From: an uncultured delta proteobacterium
Lineage (GTDB): Bacteria; Myxococcota_A; UBA9160; UBA4427
Assembly (NCBI GenBank): GCA_963822965.1
Contig: CAWGJT010000010.1
Location: 800,001-864,000 of the forward strand
Reading direction: 5' to 3'
Length of the DNA stretch: 64,000 bases
A program made the translations under genes and the position numbers. The notes below the pieces were generated by a model that did not search any database, was not told the origin of the DNA, and saw only the letters and a program-made list of their open reading frames with translations. Of this stretch, positions 60,323-64,000 are shown in pieces (the stretch's first letter is position 1; every line of letters starts with the position of its first letter).

Positions 60323-61123
60323 TCAGGCCGGCTTCTCGACGGGCAGCTGCGGGCGCCACGACACGCCGTTGACGTGGCTGCCGCCGTCGACGAACAGGGT
60401 GTTGCCGCTCACGTAGATCGAGTCGTCGGACGCCAGGAAGAGCGCGGCACCTCCGATGTCGATCTCGGGATCTCCCATGCGACCCAACGGGTTCTCCTGC
60501 AGCATGGCGGCGGCGGTCTCGGGGTTCGCCGCGCGAAAGGCCAGGTAGGCCTCGGTGGCGGCGGCGGGGCAGATGGCGTTGCAGCGGATGTTGAAGGGCC
60601 CCCACTCGACGGCGGCCGTTCGCGTGAGGGCGCGCAGCGCCTCCTTCGCCGTGTTGTAGTGCATCGTGAACCTGTGCGCGTTCACGCCATTGAGCGAGCA
60701 CATGTTGATGATGGAGCCGCCGCCGCGCGCCCGGAGATGCGGCAGGCATCGGGCCATCGCGCGCTGACAGGAGAGGAAGCCCACCCGCCACGCCCGATCG
60801 AGCTGCTCCTCGTCGAACCACTCGATGCGCTGCACGGCGGCGCCCGACCAGGCGTTGTTGACGAGAACGTCGACCCCGCCGAAACGCTCGACCGTCGCGT
60901 CCACCATGGCGTCGACGTCGCTGGTGCGGGCGACGTCGGTGTGGACGAAGAGCGCCTCGGAGCCCAGCTCCTCCACCTCGGACGCCGTACGCCGTCCCGT
61001 CTCGTCGTCGTAGTCGGCCACGACGATCCTCGCCCCCTCGCGAGCGAAGCGTCGCGCGATGCCGCGGCCGATTCCGCGGCCGGCTCCGGTCACGATGGCG
61101 ACGCGATCCCGCAGACGATCCAT
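60323..61123 (-). CDS. SDR family oxidoreductase
   Basis: VTGAGRGIG, DVLVNNA, YNTAK, NAICP. Confidence 0.93.
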   Translation of the reverse strand: MDRLRDRVAIVTGAGRGIGRGIARRFAREGARIVVADYDDETGRRTASEVEELGSEALFVHTDVARTSDVDAMVDATVERFGGVDVLVNNAWSGAAVQRIEWFDEEQLDRAWRVGFLSCQRAMARCLPHLRARGGGSIINMCSLNGVNAHRFTMHYNTAKEALRALTRTAAVEWGPFNIRCNAICPAAATEAYLAFRAANPETAAAMLQENPLGRMGDPEIDIGGAALFLASDDSIYVSGNTLFVDGGSHVNGVSWRPQLPVEKPA

Positions 61124-61223
61124 GCTCGGCGCCCCCCCGAAAGACGCGGAGCATAGTCGAAGGCAGCGCCGCGGGTTTCGGCACGCGCAGCCCGGCTGTT
61201 ATCGTGGGACGCATGGAGCTTGC

Positions 61224-63149
61224 GTGACGGCCATCGACGCCGTCCTCGTTCTGGGGTTCGCGGCCTGGGCCGTCGCCGCCGGGTGGCGGGCCCGGAAGGC
61301 CGCTTCGCAGAACCTCGAGGAGTACTTTCTCGCGGGTCGGACCCTGCCGGGCTGGCAGGCCGGGGTCTCCATGGCGGCCACGCAGTTCGCGGCGGACACG
61401 CCCCTGCTGGTGACGGGACTCATCGCGACCACCGGGATCTTCGGTCTCTGGCGCCTGTGGATCTACGCGCTGGCCTTCCTGCTGCTCGGCTTCGTGCTGG
61501 CGCCGTGCTGGCGGCGCGTGCGGGTACTGACAGACGCGGAGCTCGCGGAGCTGCGCTACGCCGGGCGCGCCGCCACCGCGCTGCGGGTCGCCAAGGCGCT
61601 CTACTTCGGCACCCTCTTCAACTGCGTCGTCCTGGCCATGGTGCTCTTCGCCGCAAAGGAGGTGGCGGAGCCCTTCCTCCACTGGAACCAGTGGCTGCCC
61701 GGGCCGCTCTTCGACGGCGCGCAGAGCGTCGTGCGGTTCATCGGAGTGCCCTATGCGGGAGCGGTCGCCGACCCGGCGGCGACCGCCGCGGACGTCTGGC
61801 TCCGGTCGACCAACAACCTGATCTCGCTGGGGATGCTCGTGGCCCTGACCGGTGCCTATTCGGCGGTCGGGGGCCTGCGCGGCGTGGTTCGCACCGACCT
61901 CATGCAGTTCGCCCTGATGACCGTGGCGACGTTCGTGTTCGCCGTGTGGGTGGTGGAGCAGGTCGGGGGCCTCGCGGGCCTGTCGGAACGCATTCACGCC
62001 CACTTCGCCTCCGGCGGACCCGCCGGCATGACGACGCGCGAGCTGCTCTCGTTCACGCCGTCGGGCGCGCGCGAAGCGTCCTGGGCGGTGCTGGGCGTCC
62101 TGGCCCTGCAATGGCTCGTGCAGATGAACGCGGACGGAACCGGCTATCTCGCCCAGCGCACCATGGCCTGCCGCAGTGATCGTGACGCCACGCAGGCCGC
62201 CCTCGTGTTCACCTTCCTGCAGATCGTCATGCGCAGCCTGCTGTGGCTTCCCCTGGGCCTGGGGCTGCTGCTGCTGTTTCCTCCGGATCCGTCGCTGTCG
62301 CTCGAGGCGCTGCGCGCGGATCGCGAGGCCACCTTCGTCCGCGGCATGGTGGCGCTGCCGCCGGGTCTGCTCGGCCTGATGGTGACCGCCATGCTCGCAG
62401 CGCTCGCCTCCACGATCGACACCCACCTGAACTGGGGTGCTTCGTACTGGACCCACGACCTCTACGATCGGGTGATCTGCAGGGTCTGGACGGGACGGAC
62501 GCCCTCCGAGCGCTCGCTCGTCTGGATCGCGCGGCTCTCGAGCGGCCTCATCCTGTGCGTGTCCCTGGCCATCCTGCCGCGTCTCTCCTCCATCCAGGTC
62601 GCCTGGCACACGAGCCTGCTGCTCGGCGCGGGCATGGGGATCGTGCTGGTGCTGCGGTGGCTGTGGTGGCGCATCACCGCCTGGGCGGAGCTGGCGACCC
62701 TGGTGGCCTCGTCCGTACTCGCTCCGGTGCTGCTGCTGACCATGCCGCCCGAGCGCGAGGCGCTGCGCCTGCTGTGCATGGCCCTGGGGGCGACGGCGGC
62801 CGGCGTCGCGACGGCGCTGTTCGGTCCGAGCGAGCCGTCCGCGCGGCTCGAGGAGTTCTATCGCCGGGCCCGTCCGCCGGGCTTGTGGGGACCGGTGGCG
62901 CAGGCGTGCGGCGAGTCGCCGCGAGACGACGTGCGGCGCCTGGCGAAGGGACTCACGGCGACCGTCCTGGCGGCCTGGACCGTGCTGGCATCCCTGACCG
63001 GGCTGGGCACGTGGCTGGTGGGGAGCCCCGCGCCGCCCTGGATGCCGTGGCGGGGCGTGTGGATCGCCTTCCTGATCTCGTCGGCGGTTGCCGTCGCGCC
63101 GGTCTGGTGGCGTCTGGGTGTGCCCGGCCTGGCGCCGCGAGAGGGCTGA
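61224..63149 (+). CDS. Sodium:solute symporter family protein
   Basis: EEYFLAGRTLP, SMAATQFAADTPL, GGLRGVVRTD, YLAQR, LAALASTIDTHLNWG. Confidence 0.9.
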   Translation: MTAIDAVLVLGFAAWAVAAGWRARKAASQNLEEYFLAGRTLPGWQAGVSMAATQFAADTPLLVTGLIATTGIFGLWRLWIYALAFLLLGFVLAPCWRRVRVLTDAELAELRYAGRAATALRVAKALYFGTLFNCVVLAMVLFAAKEVAEPFLHWNQWLPGPLFDGAQSVVRFIGVPYAGAVADPAATAADVWLRSTNNLISLGMLVALTGAYSAVGGLRGVVRTDLMQFALMTVATFVFAVWVVEQVGGLAGLSERIHAHFASGGPAGMTTRELLSFTPSGAREASWAVLGVLALQWLVQMNADGTGYLAQRTMACRSDRDATQAALVFTFLQIVMRSLLWLPLGLGLLLLFPPDPSLSLEALRADREATFVRGMVALPPGLLGLMVTAMLAALASTIDTHLNWGASYWTHDLYDRVICRVWTGRTPSERSLVWIARLSSGLILCVSLAILPRLSSIQVAWHTSLLLGAGMGIVLVLRWLWWRITAWAELATLVASSVLAPVLLLTMPPEREALRLLCMALGATAAGVATALFGPSEPSARLEEFYRRARPPGLWGPVAQACGESPRDDVRRLAKGLTATVLAAWTVLASLTGLGTWLVGSPAPPWMPWRGVWIAFLISSAVAVAPVWWRLGVPGLAPREG

Positions 63150-63213
63150 GTCCGCCGCGCCCGATGCCGGCGCCGGAGGCGAAGGGTCCGCCTTGTCGTC
63201 ATACTCCGCGCTC

Positions 63214-64000
63214 GTGAGCCCTGGCCCGAGTCCCCGCACGCGCGGGCGCGTCCCCCGTCGCGCTCCTCGTCGCGTCCCGTGCATCGGAGATCTGATCGAT
63301 CTCGAGATCGCGCTCGACCAGGATCGCGAACGACCCATCGAGATGCTGCTGGCGCGGGACGCCCGCATCGCGAGCGAGATCGACGTCGCGCATCTGGACG
63401 ACCGCGAGGTGGTGCTCGCCTGGCTCGACCGGGTGCGCCCGGCGCCCGAATCGCCCGGCCGGGCCGGCGAGCATCTGCTGCGGCTGCTCGGCGTGCTGCT
63501 GGTGGCGGCCGGCTTCGCGTCGGGTGCGACCGGCGTGGCGGGCTGGCTGTGGAGCGGCACCCGGATTCCGGTGAACGTGGTGCAGCTGTGGCCCGCACTC
63601 GTGGGGGTACAGCTGCTGCTGGCCCTGGCCTGGGTCGCCCTGCGGCTTGCCGGCCACTGGCTGCCGCGGCCACCTGCGCACGGGCTCGCGACCTGGCTGC
63701 CGGCGGCCCTCGGGACCCTGCTGGCGCGCCTGCTCCGGCCGGGGCTTCGGGACGCCTGGAGCCGCTTCCGCAGCCTCGATCGCGTGTACCGGGGGCTGCC
63801 GTTCTGGCGCGCGACTGCGCTCGTCCAGTCGTTCGCGGTGGCGTTCAACCTGGGAGCGCTCGCCGCGCTGCTCTTCATCCCGACCGTCGACGATCCGGCA
63901 TTCGGCTGGCGCAGCCGCTTGGTGGACGCGGGCGAGCTGCACGCGGCGGCGCGCGTGGTGGCGGCGCCGTGGGCCGGGATCTGGCCCGAGGCACTGCCGA
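63214..64000 (+). CDS. DUF2868-like membrane protein (3' end outside window)
   Basis: Hand translation: DLIDLEIAL...PVNVVQLW...AVAFNLGAL...DPAFGWRSRL...AAPWAGIWPEALP; open to the window edge; start uncertain. Confidence 0.68.
   Translation, partial: MSPGPSPRTRGRVPRRAPRRVPCIGDLIDLEIALDQDRERPIEMLLARDARIASEIDVAHLDDREVVLAWLDRVRPAPESPGRAGEHLLRLLGVLLVAAGFASGATGVAGWLWSGTRIPVNVVQLWPALVGVQLLLALAWVALRLAGHWLPRPPAHGLATWLPAALGTLLARLLRPGLRDAWSRFRSLDRVYRGLPFWRATALVQSFAVAFNLGALAALLFIPTVDDPAFGWRSRLVDAGELHAAARVVAAPWAGIWPEALP

Overview
High-GC chromosomal window from a diderm bacterium (FadL, DUF481 and porin-type barrels, and an Lpp/OprI-like lipoprotein). The gene content resembles Myxococcota/Binatota-type genomes, which is an inference. 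There are about 53 densely packed CDSs, mostly lipid/aromatic catabolism and redox functions: SDRs, acyl-CoA dehydrogenases, a CoA-transferase, a multidomain biotin carboxylase, three F420-type enzymes, GSTs and a Rieske/MhpA/FAH/VOC cluster. The window also holds pckG, transporters, a metal-uptake operon and a cell-envelope cluster. At least nine genes are split by small indels, most simply explained as long-read assembly errors. I recognised no rRNA, tRNA, CRISPR array, integrase or transposase. Most notable: (1) a DUF2946/CruR-like CxxC...RAPP leader with a downstream anti-SD in front of a porin + ZnuABC-type operon whose permease carries an extra periplasmic domain; (2) an Lpp/OprI-like lipoprotein ending in Lys, clustered with two head-to-head YkuD-family enzymes (attach-type and DpaA-like); (3) a 4.1-kb integrase-less islet bounded by ~281-bp direct repeats; (4) a tandem 211-bp MITE-like element; (5) an alkaline ceramidase translationally coupled to a Thr-nucleophile 'sulfatase'; (6) several short tandem repeats, one of which frameshifts the carboxylase.
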